Below are positions 46,053-54,291 of a stretch of 59,655 nt of DNA, piece after piece. The stretch is from a virus (lineage: Duplodnaviria > Caudoviricetes): IMG/VR virus record IMGVR_UViG_3300011113_000105, positions 1-59,655 of that record; one strand, written 5' to 3'. Under the pieces are notes generated by a model. That model made no database searches. It was not told where the DNA came from and saw only the letters and a program-made list of their open reading frames with translations. Numbering within the stretch: position 1 is the stretch's first letter; every line of letters starts with the position of its first letter. Both the position numbers and the translations under genes were made by a program.

Positions 46053-46738
46053 CAAGCAACCCCATTATTCTGAGGTAGCGGGGGCAGACGGAACTGCCCG
46101 CTGCGGTATGCATCGCCGCGCTCCAGACCATCACCCAGACGTTTGGCCAGTTGCAGGGCTTCCATGTACTTTTGGTTGTACATGGCCATCATGTCCTGCT
46201 CACCCTTCATGTAGGTGTAGGCTTCCACGAGCGAGCCGTACAACAACACCGTATCGAAGTTGTCGCCTAGCCACGTCTGCCCGTTAGCCGCCACCGTGAT
46301 TGACTCAGGGTAGTAGTAATAGTGCAGTTCGATTTCGTACGACGCATCCGGCGTGGGGCCAAGAATGAACGTCAGTTCGTCCTCGTTGTCTGACCGAGGG
46401 CCAAAGATGGCGTAGTAGCGCGGGATGGCTTTATCGCTGTTGGGGTTGGGGTACGCCTGCCGGATAAAGTTCACGTCTTTGTTCAGCAAATACTCGTACG
46501 AACCGTCCGCAGCAATCGCAGCCATCGAGTACACCGACAAAAAATCTGACGGGCACTGAAGGTACTTATTGTTGGCGGTGGTGTAACCCGTGACGTTCTT
46601 GCGTATCGACGGAAACTGAACCGAGTTGTAAATGCGCTGCTCAGCCTGCCTAACAAAGACAGGAATCTGCGCCACGAAGTCCGAACTCGGATTCTCCGTG
46701 TACGCCTGTATTGCGGCACTCAACGCAGCGTAGTTCAC
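46052..46738 (-). CDS. Head-tail adaptor / tail tubular A-like protein
   Basis: Y..L..AIQ.Y.EN, F.RQAEQRI, P.DFL, GPTPD..Y, LLYGSLVEA. Confidence 0.7.
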   Translation of the reverse strand: MNYAALSAAIQAYTENPSSDFVAQIPVFVRQAEQRIYNSVQFPSIRKNVTGYTTANNKYLQCPSDFLSVYSMAAIAADGSYEYLLNKDVNFIRQAYPNPNSDKAIPRYYAIFGPRSDNEDELTFILGPTPDASYEIELHYYYYPESITVAANGQTWLGDNFDTVLLYGSLVEAYTYMKGEQDMMAMYNQKYMEALQLAKRLGDGLERGDAYRSGQFRLPPLPQNNGVA

Positions 46739-46935
46739 GCCATCGGCCCCCGAGCCATCGTGCCCTTGGTAGCGCAGCCGTTACCGCGAGTCTTGATGCC
46801 GTCGGTCTTGGTTGGCTTGTACGCGTTGCTGCGGACATTAGCCACAGACACGTTGGCTTCGCGGAGGTATTTCTTGTTGTCCTCTTCGCCAACAACGACG
46901 TTCGGGACAATCTTGGGCACTTTGTAGGTAGCCAT
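46735..46935 (-). CDS. Small basic late protein
   Basis: C-terminal GIKTRGNGCATKG..ARGPMA. Confidence 0.7.
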   Translation of the reverse strand: MATYKVPKIVPNVVVGEEDNKKYLREANVSVANVRSNAYKPTKTDGIKTRGNGCATKGTMARGPMA

Positions 46936-46936
46936 C

Positions 46937-47119
46937 TCAGACCCCTTTTTGCTTGCGGCCAGGATTCATCTGGTTGGCAACCTTGGCCAGACCACGACCC
47001 ATCTTGAGCATATCGCTGTTGGTTTTGCCGCCAGCGCGCATCTTTTTCACGTTGGCATCGGGATGTGCGCCCTTGCCCTTGGCCATGTGCTTCATCAGCA
47101 TTTCTTTCGTGGTAGCCAT
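46937..47119 (-). CDS. Small basic late protein
   Basis: K/M-rich; MRAGG motif; AGGAG RBS. Confidence 0.7.
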   Translation of the reverse strand: MATTKEMLMKHMAKGKGAHPDANVKKMRAGGKTNSDMLKMGRGLAKVANQMNPGRKQKGV

Positions 47120-47128
47120 TTTCTGCTC

Positions 47129-47557
47129 CTATGCTGTCACTACCGTGACTGTACCAATTTGAACCCGCAACACCAAGTCATTTGGCGTGAGTGCTGCATC
47201 GAATCCGCTTGACCCGCCAACAGGGTTCCATCCCCACTGGAAGTCGCGGCTGCCTTCGCTGGGGAAACCTACTTCGTTCTGGGTAGTCGCTGACCCATTT
47301 ACAAGCTGCAACCCGGTGTTGCCTGACTGCGTATAGCTGTTGTCCGGACGGGGGTTACGAATGCCTTGCGGATCGTCAACCGGGTACATGCCAAGCTGCA
47401 ACTGCGGTTGGTCTGGGTCCCAGCATTCAGGACAAACAAGCAGTTCGTAGTTCTTGGTCTTGATGATCTCCCGACGAAGAATCTTGAGCTTGAAACGGAA
47501 GTTACAACGATCGCACTGGGCGATCGCGTTCTTACCGGATGCAAACCTGTTACCCAT
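47129..47557 (-). CDS. Zn-finger late protein
   Basis: CDRC...VCPECW.PD.PQL. Confidence 0.75.
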   Translation of the reverse strand: MGNRFASGKNAIAQCDRCNFRFKLKILRREIIKTKNYELLVCPECWDPDQPQLQLGMYPVDDPQGIRNPRPDNSYTQSGNTGLQLVNGSATTQNEVGFPSEGSRDFQWGWNPVGGSSGFDAALTPNDLVLRVQIGTVTVVTA

Positions 47558-48507
47558 TACGCAGTCCCGCTACCGATGAACTGCTGACGCGGCACAAACC
47601 GTACCGCTGCCTTTTCACGATCTTCGTCGGCGGCTAGCTGCCATGCCTCGTCATACTGCTGCTTGAGCACGGGTAGCCGCTCAGCCCCGCCAGGAATCTT
47701 CAGCGCCAAGTAGTACGCCAAGCCTGCGGCCAAGCACGGGAGGAACCGGAACGGGATGTCCATCGTCTTAATCCCGCCGCCAGCGTCCTGCACCCGGCGT
47801 AGACGCCAGTACACAAACTGATACGAGGTGCTCGGATCGGGAGTCGGCCAAACCGTGACCGAGTTCTTCTGAGTCAGGTAGATTGACTCAGCGGTTGTAT
47901 GGCTAGCTGCTGTCGTTCCGCCCTGGCCACGAGCGCAGTTCAGCAGCAAGGCTGGGTTGCCACCGGAGGCCGCTTGGTACTCGTTGTAGAAGATCAACTC
48001 TGACCCGATAGTCACGAACCCGGCGTTGGGGAAACCAGCCAGGGTAGAGACAGGAATGCTCGTGACAGAAGAATTGAAGTTCGACGCAACGGTGGCGGCA
48101 GTCAGTGCACTTTGAGCACTCAACCGCTGGATGTACACCTGGATCGGACGCCCCTGGATCAGCTTGTTAGGGATCGTGGCGTACGTAGAAACACTGATCC
48201 GAGTGATGGTCAGATCGGCTTGATTGTTCGGTACGTTGGCTTGCGTACGGATAACGTGTTCCAGCAAGTCCACCGTGTCGTCCGGCAGTGCGTAGGTCGG
48301 CTGGCCAGTAACGAGCGGGATCATGCCCTGCTCGAACGTCCACATATTGATGCCGCGATTAGCCCAGTCGGCGAACAGCAAATTCAAACTGCGGCGAGCA
48401 GTGCGTAGGTCGTAGCCCGTACGAAGCTCACCACCTGCGCGCTCAAACGCCTCCTCGACGATCTCATTGAGGTCGAGGTTGAATGCTGCGAGGCCGGAGG
48501 TGGTCAT
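47557..48507 (-). CDS. Head completion / adaptor protein (P22 gp4-like)
   Basis: EEAFER.G...GYDLRTARRSLNLL..WANRG; WPTPD; P.RFLPCL.AGLAYYLA. Confidence 0.7.
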   Translation of the reverse strand: MTTSGLAAFNLDLNEIVEEAFERAGGELRTGYDLRTARRSLNLLFADWANRGINMWTFEQGMIPLVTGQPTYALPDDTVDLLEHVIRTQANVPNNQADLTITRISVSTYATIPNKLIQGRPIQVYIQRLSAQSALTAATVASNFNSSVTSIPVSTLAGFPNAGFVTIGSELIFYNEYQAASGGNPALLLNCARGQGGTTAASHTTAESIYLTQKNSVTVWPTPDPSTSYQFVYWRLRRVQDAGGGIKTMDIPFRFLPCLAAGLAYYLALKIPGGAERLPVLKQQYDEAWQLAADEDREKAAVRFVPRQQFIGSGTA

Positions 48508-48744
48508 TTAGCGGAACCTTGCTGTTTTCTTGGCGATGCCCTTGGGCTGCTTCACGAACTGCTTGCCGGAGGCTTTGCCTGCTCGCTTGGCTCGGGTTGT
48601 GGCTGCGTATTCTTGGGGGGAAAGACTTTTGATCGCAGCCTCTGGAAGATACCTTTCACCCGTGTCAGAAGATCGTTTACCACTTTTCGTCCTCCACTTT
48701 TGGGCAGTCCAGTCCTTGAGCGACTGCTGTGACGGTTTAGTCAC
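48508..48744 (-). CDS. DUF5872-like protein, C-terminal part
   Basis: Q.SLK.WT.QKW.TKSGK...ERYLP..A...LS..EY.AT; GTG start at 48744. Confidence 0.6.
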   Translation of the reverse strand: MTKPSQQSLKDWTAQKWRTKSGKRSSDTGERYLPEAAIKSLSPQEYAATTRAKRAGKASGKQFVKQPKGIAKKTARFR

Positions 48745-49024
48745 GATAGCTCCCGCCCTTTTCCTTGTAACGCTTGGCCAGTAGCTGCGCTTTTCTCGCG
48801 CTCCACTGACCTGCCGCAGTACCTTGCACCGCTTGAGCCTTGATGGACTCAAACAGCGACTTGCGCATACCCGGCTTGGTGTAGTTCCCGGCCTCGTTGA
48901 CCTTGGACTTGACCTTGCCGCCTTCGGCGTACTCAGTGAAATCGGTGTCGTCGCGGCGAGCCTTGCGCTTGCCGCCGGGCATCTTGCTGGGGTTCATGAT
49001 CCCCATTCCGCGACTTGCCATCAT
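48737..49024 (-). CDS. DUF5872-like protein, N-terminal part
   Basis: NYTKP..R......GQWSARKAQLLA..YK..GG.Y; YAEGG motif. Confidence 0.6.
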   Translation of the reverse strand: MMASRGMGIMNPSKMPGGKRKARRDDTDFTEYAEGGKVKSKVNEAGNYTKPGMRKSLFESIKAQAVQGTAAGQWSARKAQLLAKRYKEKGGSYRD

Positions 49025-49025
49025 T

Positions 49026-49313
49026 TCAGTACATCCTTCCGCGAGTCTTACCGCGCATAGCGCAGCCATCAGCACGCGATGAAGCAGAGCCCCCTTTGGC
49101 CAGCGGCGCACCTTCTGGGTCGCGGGGTGGTTCTTTCATCTTGCCGCCAAATTTCTGAAGCATCTCCGCACGGAAAGGACGCTCAGGCTTCGCCGATTCT
49201 TTCGGCTTACGCTTGGGTTCCGGCTTGATTTGAGGTACCGGCTCGGCAATCGCCGTGCGAACAGCTTCTTCAGCAGACGGCAGTTTGCCGCCATCAGCGT
49301 AGCGGCGCTTCAT
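49026..49313 (-). CDS. Small basic late protein
   Basis: YADGG, LAKGG, C-terminal RADGCAMRGKTRG. Confidence 0.7.
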   Translation of the reverse strand: MKRRYADGGKLPSAEEAVRTAIAEPVPQIKPEPKRKPKESAKPERPFRAEMLQKFGGKMKEPPRDPEGAPLAKGGSASSRADGCAMRGKTRGRMY

Positions 49314-49314
49314 T

Positions 49315-49815
49315 TCAGCACTTCCCGCCGTAAGCCTTGCCGCCCTTCTTCATGCCCAGGGGCTTGGAAGCGGCCATCTTGACTTGCGTGCCCTTGGTCT
49401 TGCCCTTCATGGCCAGACCGTCGCGGCTAGGAGCAGCGGTAGGAACAGCGCCCATCTTGGCCTTGGTGATACCGCCAGAAGCCATCTTCTTCATGCTCTT
49501 CATTTCTTTTTCCTCGTGTTTGATCATGGACTTGGGAGCGCCTGCCTTCTTCATGAAGGAGACTTCTTTTTTCATCATTGCCGGGGACTCTTTCATCTCG
49601 CCGCCTTTCGCAAAAAGTTCCATCTTGCCCCGATGGACCTTGGGTTTGTTGATCGCCTGAGCATCGGGACGGGTACCTGAACCGAACTTCTTGCCTTTGT
49701 CAGCCTTCATGAACTCTTCGCCAACAGTTTTAGGAACACCAGCCTTCTTTGCAAACGCCGGGTTGTTGGCTACAGCCGCCATGAAGTTGTGCTGTTTTTT
49801 GCTAACTGAGGGCAC
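49315..49815 (-). CDS. Basic K/M-rich late protein
   Basis: PSVSKKQHNFMAAVA; FAKGG, MASGG, MKKGG; RDGLAMKGKTKG. Confidence 0.75.
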   Translation of the reverse strand: MPSVSKKQHNFMAAVANNPAFAKKAGVPKTVGEEFMKADKGKKFGSGTRPDAQAINKPKVHRGKMELFAKGGEMKESPAMMKKEVSFMKKAGAPKSMIKHEEKEMKSMKKMASGGITKAKMGAVPTAAPSRDGLAMKGKTKGTQVKMAASKPLGMKKGGKAYGGKC

Positions 49816-50050
49816 TGCGCTGCTCCTTCATGTAGGCGTCCAACTTACCTTCCAACCGATCAAGCCGCGCAATCACGCGGTTCATGTCGTCGTGCACGTC
49901 TGACTTGGTCACGTACTCCTTGGCAATCTCTTCCCGCGTGCGATTGAGCAGGATTTGAATGCGCTGCACTTCCTCTGCATGGCTCTTGATCACCCAGAGG
50001 ATGATCGCCGAGAGGAAAGACAGGATGACGTTCCATATCAGCAGTTCCAT
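49802..50050 (-). CDS. TM plus coiled-coil protein
   Basis: Hydrophobic N-terminus; TREEIAKEYVTK...RLEGKLD. Confidence 0.7.
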   Translation of the reverse strand: MELLIWNVILSFLSAIILWVIKSHAEEVQRIQILLNRTREEIAKEYVTKSDVHDDMNRVIARLDRLEGKLDAYMKEQRSALS

Positions 50051-50307
50051 GCCCGCAAACTCTTATTGATACGGCTGTTGGGATCGTTCTTCGTCTTCTC
50101 GCTAGTCAGCTTGCTCTTCATCCCAGACATTCTGGCGCAGAAGGACTTGCGCCTTCCAGCGTCTTTCTCCGTCTTCGGATTCGGAGCGGGAGGCTTGAGG
50201 CCCGGCTTCCCAGGATTCGCGCGGTTGTAGGAGGCGCGCCCTTTGGCGTTCAAGCCGCCCTTCGGGTTCTTGCCTTCCTTGCGCTGCCATGCTTCTGACT
50301 TAGCCAT
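50038..50307 (-). CDS. Small basic protein (DUF6321-like)
   Basis: GGLNAKGR...RRKSFCARM.G......DPNSR...L.AW.C. Confidence 0.7.
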   Translation of the reverse strand: MAKSEAWQRKEGKNPKGGLNAKGRASYNRANPGKPGLKPPAPNPKTEKDAGRRKSFCARMSGMKSKLTSEKTKNDPNSRINKSLRAWNC

Positions 50308-50587
50308 AAAAGAGGGTCACGGCAGCAGCACTGCCCGTGTCGCAGAAGACGCCGTTCTCGGCCAAGATGCCTTCGCCGGGGATCACCACCGTGTGGCAAC
50401 CGTTGGCGTTGGCGCCCACCTTCAACAACACCGTGCCAGAAGCAGCCGATGCGTTGTCGTAGAAGATCACCGGATCAGTGCCTGCTGAAGACACAGCGAC
50501 ATACGCGCCTTTGATGCGCGTACGGTACGTGACCATAGCCGCATCACTCGTAATGAACGCGGCTTTTACGTCGTATTGCATCGCCAT
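50300..50587 (-). CDS. Small virion structural protein
   Basis: DVK...RIKG...IPGEGIL..G...VTLFYG. Confidence 0.7.
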   Translation of the reverse strand: MAMQYDVKAAFITSDAAMVTYRTRIKGAYVAVSSAGTDPVIFYDNASAASGTVLLKVGANANGCHTVVIPGEGILAENGVFCDTGSAAAVTLFYG

Positions 50588-50599
50588 GATGCGCTCCTA

Positions 50600-51019
50600 T
50601 TAGGCCGTACGAGTGAACGTGTAGGCAGTGGCGCTGGAGAACATCAGGGTGAAACGGGCGATACCCGTGGCACCGGAAGCAATGGTCAGATCACCGAAGG
50701 AACCAGCGGTGTCCACGGCGGCGCTAGACAGCACGGCGTTCGTGTTGACTGCCACCGTCACCGTGCTCGCGCCTGCGGTGTTGTCGATGAACAAGTCCAG
50801 CACGGTACCGCGAGATGCACCCAGGAAAGTACCAAGAGCGGTGCCGGTAGGCAACGTGATGGTGGTCGGGGCAGCCGAAGTAGAGGTGATGTACCCGTCA
50901 GCAACCTGAGCCGCAGTAGCAGTAGCGTCCGAGTTGATGGCGTTAGCGGAAGTGGGTTGGTGACCCTGGATGAAGCCGTTTTGCGAAACAACCGGCCCAT
51001 TAAAGGTAGTGCGTGCCAT
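50600..51019 (-). CDS. Head decoration / fibre-like protein
   Basis: MARTTFNGPVVSQNGF; T/A/S-rich; GAGGAG RBS. Confidence 0.65.
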   Translation of the reverse strand: MARTTFNGPVVSQNGFIQGHQPTSANAINSDATATAAQVADGYITSTSAAPTTITLPTGTALGTFLGASRGTVLDLFIDNTAGASTVTVAVNTNAVLSSAAVDTAGSFGDLTIASGATGIARFTLMFSSATAYTFTRTA

Positions 51020-51037
51020 TGAAGGCTCCTCAATTGC

Positions 51038-51095
51038 GCTTACTGTCTGTGAGGTCAGTCCGCCAAGCCGGTCAGTAAGCAGTGGGAAGTCTTGG
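51038..51095 (-). ncRNA. Putative pseudoknotted 5' leader
   Basis: Transcript order CCAAG, GCTTACTG, CTTGG, CAGTAAGC (a-b-a'-b') just before the RBS. Confidence 0.5.
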
Positions 51096-51120
51096 ACTTA
51101 CCGAGTTTATACACCCGCCA

Positions 51121-51156
51121 AAGAAAAAAGAAAAGGGGGCCGAAGCCCCCTTTTCT
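51121..51156 (-). terminator. Rho-independent terminator after major capsid gene
   Basis: Minus strand GGGGGC-TTCG-GCCCCC-TTTTCTTTTTT; T tracts on both sides suggest bidirectional use. Confidence 0.9.
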
Positions 51157-51166
51157 GCTCAGTAGA

Positions 51167-52078
51167 TCAGGACGAACCCGAAGAACCGAACATTCCCAGC
51201 GGATCAGACCAGCCGAACGAATAACGCTCGCGGGCCTTGTAACGCACGTTACCGGTGTCGAAGTCGCCGTCCATGCTGTTTTGCAGCGGGGTGCGGACGA
51301 AATGCTTCATACCGTTAGGCACGTCCGTGGTCAGGAACCACGCATTGCTGTCGGTCAAGAAGTGGTTAACGGTGTAACCCTCGGGGATTGCACCCATCTG
51401 CTTGATAGCGTTGATGTCGTTATCAGCAGTTGCCACACGCAGTTCGGTGTCCAGCAGACGCTTGGCAACGAACATCAGTGCGGGCGGGATCACCAGCTTC
51501 TTGGGCTTGGCAGCGATCAGCAAGCCACGCTCATCCGTCCAGGCAGCGATCTGAATAACGGCGGCTTCCAGAGAAGTTTCGTTCAGGTCAACCTGCACAG
51601 CGGGCGTGTTGCTGTTGGTGCCACCGCTGACCAGGGGGTGGTCAGTAGCGAACAGGGCCTTGCCGTCGCCACCGGGGTAGCTGGCAGAGAAGCCGTTGTT
51701 CAGCACCGCAGCAGCCTTAACCTGCTTGGTGTAGGCCATTGCACGGGCCAGCGCCTTGGTGTAACGAGCAGACAGGCTGTCGTACAGGTTGTCTTCGATC
51801 GCCTCTTCGGTGATCGAGAAACCCAAAGCGATGGTTTCGTGCGTATAGCGGGTGCTCCAAGCCTCCTGCGCATTGTCATAAGCAATGGCAGAGCCTTCGT
51901 TCTTCACCGGAGCGGCGGAGAAGCCAGACAGCTTGGTTTCCTCTTCAAACGAACGCTCAGAAGTCTCGGTTTCGTAGACTTCCTTGTGCTCTTCGCCGTA
52001 GCGAGCGTACTCCAGACCGAACAGGGCGTTCAGGCCGGGGAGCAGCTCTTTCAGCAGTTGTGCGCGTGAAATAGCCAT
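51167..52078 (-). CDS. Major capsid protein
   Basis: MAISRAQLLKELLPGLNALFGLEY, K.EG..I.YD, F.ITEEAIEDNLY, GDFDTGNVRYKARERYSFG; strong codon bias, RBS, terminator. Confidence 0.9.
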   Translation of the reverse strand: MAISRAQLLKELLPGLNALFGLEYARYGEEHKEVYETETSERSFEEETKLSGFSAAPVKNEGSAIAYDNAQEAWSTRYTHETIALGFSITEEAIEDNLYDSLSARYTKALARAMAYTKQVKAAAVLNNGFSASYPGGDGKALFATDHPLVSGGTNSNTPAVQVDLNETSLEAAVIQIAAWTDERGLLIAAKPKKLVIPPALMFVAKRLLDTELRVATADNDINAIKQMGAIPEGYTVNHFLTDSNAWFLTTDVPNGMKHFVRTPLQNSMDGDFDTGNVRYKARERYSFGWSDPLGMFGSSGSS

Positions 52079-52096
52079 TTTGTATTACTCCTTCGG

Positions 52097-52801
52097 TCAG
52101 ACGCCAGTGGCGTTCAAGTACTGATGACCGCCGGTCACAACGCTAGCCGTCGTGGTGGTGATGCCACCGCTGGACGTAGACGTGGACACAACGTACGGCG
52201 CATTGAACTTGACGATCAGTTCGCAGAAATTGCCAGACGAGTTGGCAGTGTCAGGAACCACGTCAATGATACGGATAGGCAGCGAAGCGGTGTTCGTGTT
52301 GCCATCCGTGTACACGCCGATAGCGGAGTCACCGGTAACGGCAGAGCCCGTGTTTTGCACGAGTTCAGCGTTGGTGCCAATAACAGTGCGACCCAGGAAA
52401 GCCGGGGTCAGACCGTTACCGTCTTCGGTGTTGCCAGCAACCAGAACAACCTTGAACAGTTGGTCAGGATCGTCAGCCACGAAAGCCAGAATGGTCGTTC
52501 CATTCTTGACGGCCAAACTCGCAGGGTAGTACTGCGAGAAGGTCAGTTGCCCAGTGGTTGCACTGGTGTACTGGCAGCCCAAGAACACGCCGCAAGGCGT
52601 GGCCGTAGCTTGGCCAGTATCCTTTTCAATGGTGCCACCAGCAACAAGCTTGACAACGTCGCCATAGAAAATGCTGGTGCCGTAGCCGGTACCAGACGTA
52701 TTTGCAATGACGAGTTGACGAGTTGCTCCGGCGAACACCTGCCCGCCGATCAGATTGATCGGCTTCAAGCCATAAGGCTTGTCAACGGTCGGGTAAGCCA
52801 T
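52097..52801 (-). CDS. Capsid-associated (decoration / minor capsid) protein
   Basis: PYGLKP, IFYGDVV, GVFLGC.Y, V.DDP; directly upstream of MCP. Confidence 0.7.
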   Translation of the reverse strand: MAYPTVDKPYGLKPINLIGGQVFAGATRQLVIANTSGTGYGTSIFYGDVVKLVAGGTIEKDTGQATATPCGVFLGCQYTSATTGQLTFSQYYPASLAVKNGTTILAFVADDPDQLFKVVLVAGNTEDGNGLTPAFLGRTVIGTNAELVQNTGSAVTGDSAIGVYTDGNTNTASLPIRIIDVVPDTANSSGNFCELIVKFNAPYVVSTSTSSGGITTTTASVVTGGHQYLNATGV

Positions 52802-52816
52802 GAAAGACTCCTAGAT

Positions 52817-53278
52817 TTAAGAACCAGAACCGAAAGTAACCTTCGATTTCTTCTCAGAGAAAAGAGGCATGCGAGGGTCACTGTCGCGCATGAAATTGTT
52901 GTCCACCGATTCCACTTGAGCCTTGTTTTGGCTCTCGTAGTACTTGGAGCGTTGCTCCATGAACTCCTTCGGAATACGGCAAAGCAACAGTCCGCCTATC
53001 TCGATGCTGCCCTTAAAGCGGCCTTCGGTAGACGCGTGCATCATGAGTTCGGGATAGTCCTCTGCCTTGCAGGGTTCGTATCCTTCACGAAGTTTTGAAG
53101 AGATGTTGCTGGGATCAGCCGCGCCCATCGTGGAAGTACGCACCCAGCGGTGCGACCAACCCGGACGCTCGTCAGGGGTCGGCAGAGTCTCAGGAGCCCG
53201 CCATGCGGTAGGACGCATCGTCGTTTGACGTGCTTCCAACTCACGAGAAAGCCGATTTTGAGCCTTGACCTGTTCCAT
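52817..53278 (-). CDS. Head-module protein
   Basis: W..P..LP.P, RWVR, LREGYEP, GGLLLCRIP. Confidence 0.75.
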   Translation of the reverse strand: MEQVKAQNRLSRELEARQTTMRPTAWRAPETLPTPDERPGWSHRWVRTSTMGAADPSNISSKLREGYEPCKAEDYPELMMHASTEGRFKGSIEIGGLLLCRIPKEFMEQRSKYYESQNKAQVESVDNNFMRDSDPRMPLFSEKKSKVTFGSGS

Positions 53279-54282
53279 TATTCACCTCTCTTCAATTGAG
53301 CAACCTGTTTCGCGTACAACTCTAAAGGGACCCCAAGACGCTTTGCGATAGCTGCCTCGGATGCCTTCAGCCTGATACGGTTAGGCGGGGTACTGCGAGT
53401 AGCCGGAGCCACCACAGTGGTTTGTTTTGCACGGCGAGTAGTTTCTACTTCGTCCGGTTTTGAAGCCGTTTTAGAAGAAGCTTCATCTTCATCTTTGCTC
53501 CCGAAATGCTCGGGGAATCGTTTCCGCATGGTACGGTCAATCGTTCGGAAATAATCTTCCGTACCAATGTAGTCTGGACCATATTCGCGTTGAAGTTTCC
53601 TGTCAAGCCCCATCGCGGCGCTTGTCATTTCTTCATCTTTTCCGAACCAGTCGTTGTTCTCCGCGAGCCAATCCTGAGTACGTTCACTCAGTTTGGGGGC
53701 TGCTGGAGCGGGGGCCTGGGGAGCAACTTTGGGCTCTTGTACTTCAACAGGCCGCATCCTCTGGGCCTGCTCCATCTGATATGTCGCTTTGGCGATTTCT
53801 TTCTGCGCCGCGATCATGGCGTCTGCGTCAGCAGACTCGTACGCCTTGCGGTACTTTTCCTCCGCTGCGGACAAAGTCGCTTCAGCAACCGTCTTGGATT
53901 GTTCAATATAGGCTTGGCTGCCGTTGGCCAACTGCTCTTGGAGTTTCTTGTTCTCCTCGTAAACCTGACGAGCAAAAGCTTCAGCCGCCTCACGCTCGCG
54001 GATTGCCTCTTCCTTGGCACGCCGCTCGTCGTGGTATCCACGGGTGAACTTTTTGATCCGTTTTTGGACTTTTTCGTCGTAGGACGCTAGCTCTTCGTCA
54101 GTAACTTCGTCTACGGGCTGGGCCATCGGGGCTCGACCACGGTCTTGCTCGGGGGTATCGTCCTCGATTTCGACCTCAAAATCATCAGCAGCGGCGGCTT
54201 TTTGCCCCTGCTTTTCGGCTTCTTTGGCTTCCTTTTCGTCAGGAAACTCAAAGTCTTCGCCCTTGTATTCCGTTGTTGCCAT
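53278..54282 (-). CDS. Capsid scaffolding protein
   Basis: Acidic N-terminus, coiled coil, W...N.WFG.D..MT, C-terminal IAKRLGVPLE.YAK. Confidence 0.75.
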   Translation of the reverse strand: MATTEYKGEDFEFPDEKEAKEAEKQGQKAAAADDFEVEIEDDTPEQDRGRAPMAQPVDEVTDEELASYDEKVQKRIKKFTRGYHDERRAKEEAIREREAAEAFARQVYEENKKLQEQLANGSQAYIEQSKTVAEATLSAAEEKYRKAYESADADAMIAAQKEIAKATYQMEQAQRMRPVEVQEPKVAPQAPAPAAPKLSERTQDWLAENNDWFGKDEEMTSAAMGLDRKLQREYGPDYIGTEDYFRTIDRTMRKRFPEHFGSKDEDEASSKTASKPDEVETTRRAKQTTVVAPATRSTPPNRIRLKASEAAIAKRLGVPLELYAKQVAQLKRGE

Positions 54283-54291
54283 GTCTGCTCC

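Noticed and set aside
51092-53098. Long + strand ORFs (325 and 324 aa) opposite the capsid genes, and similar antisense ORFs elsewhere
   Set aside because: Shadow ORFs from biased codon usage of the real minus-strand genes; no RBS or recognisable motifs.
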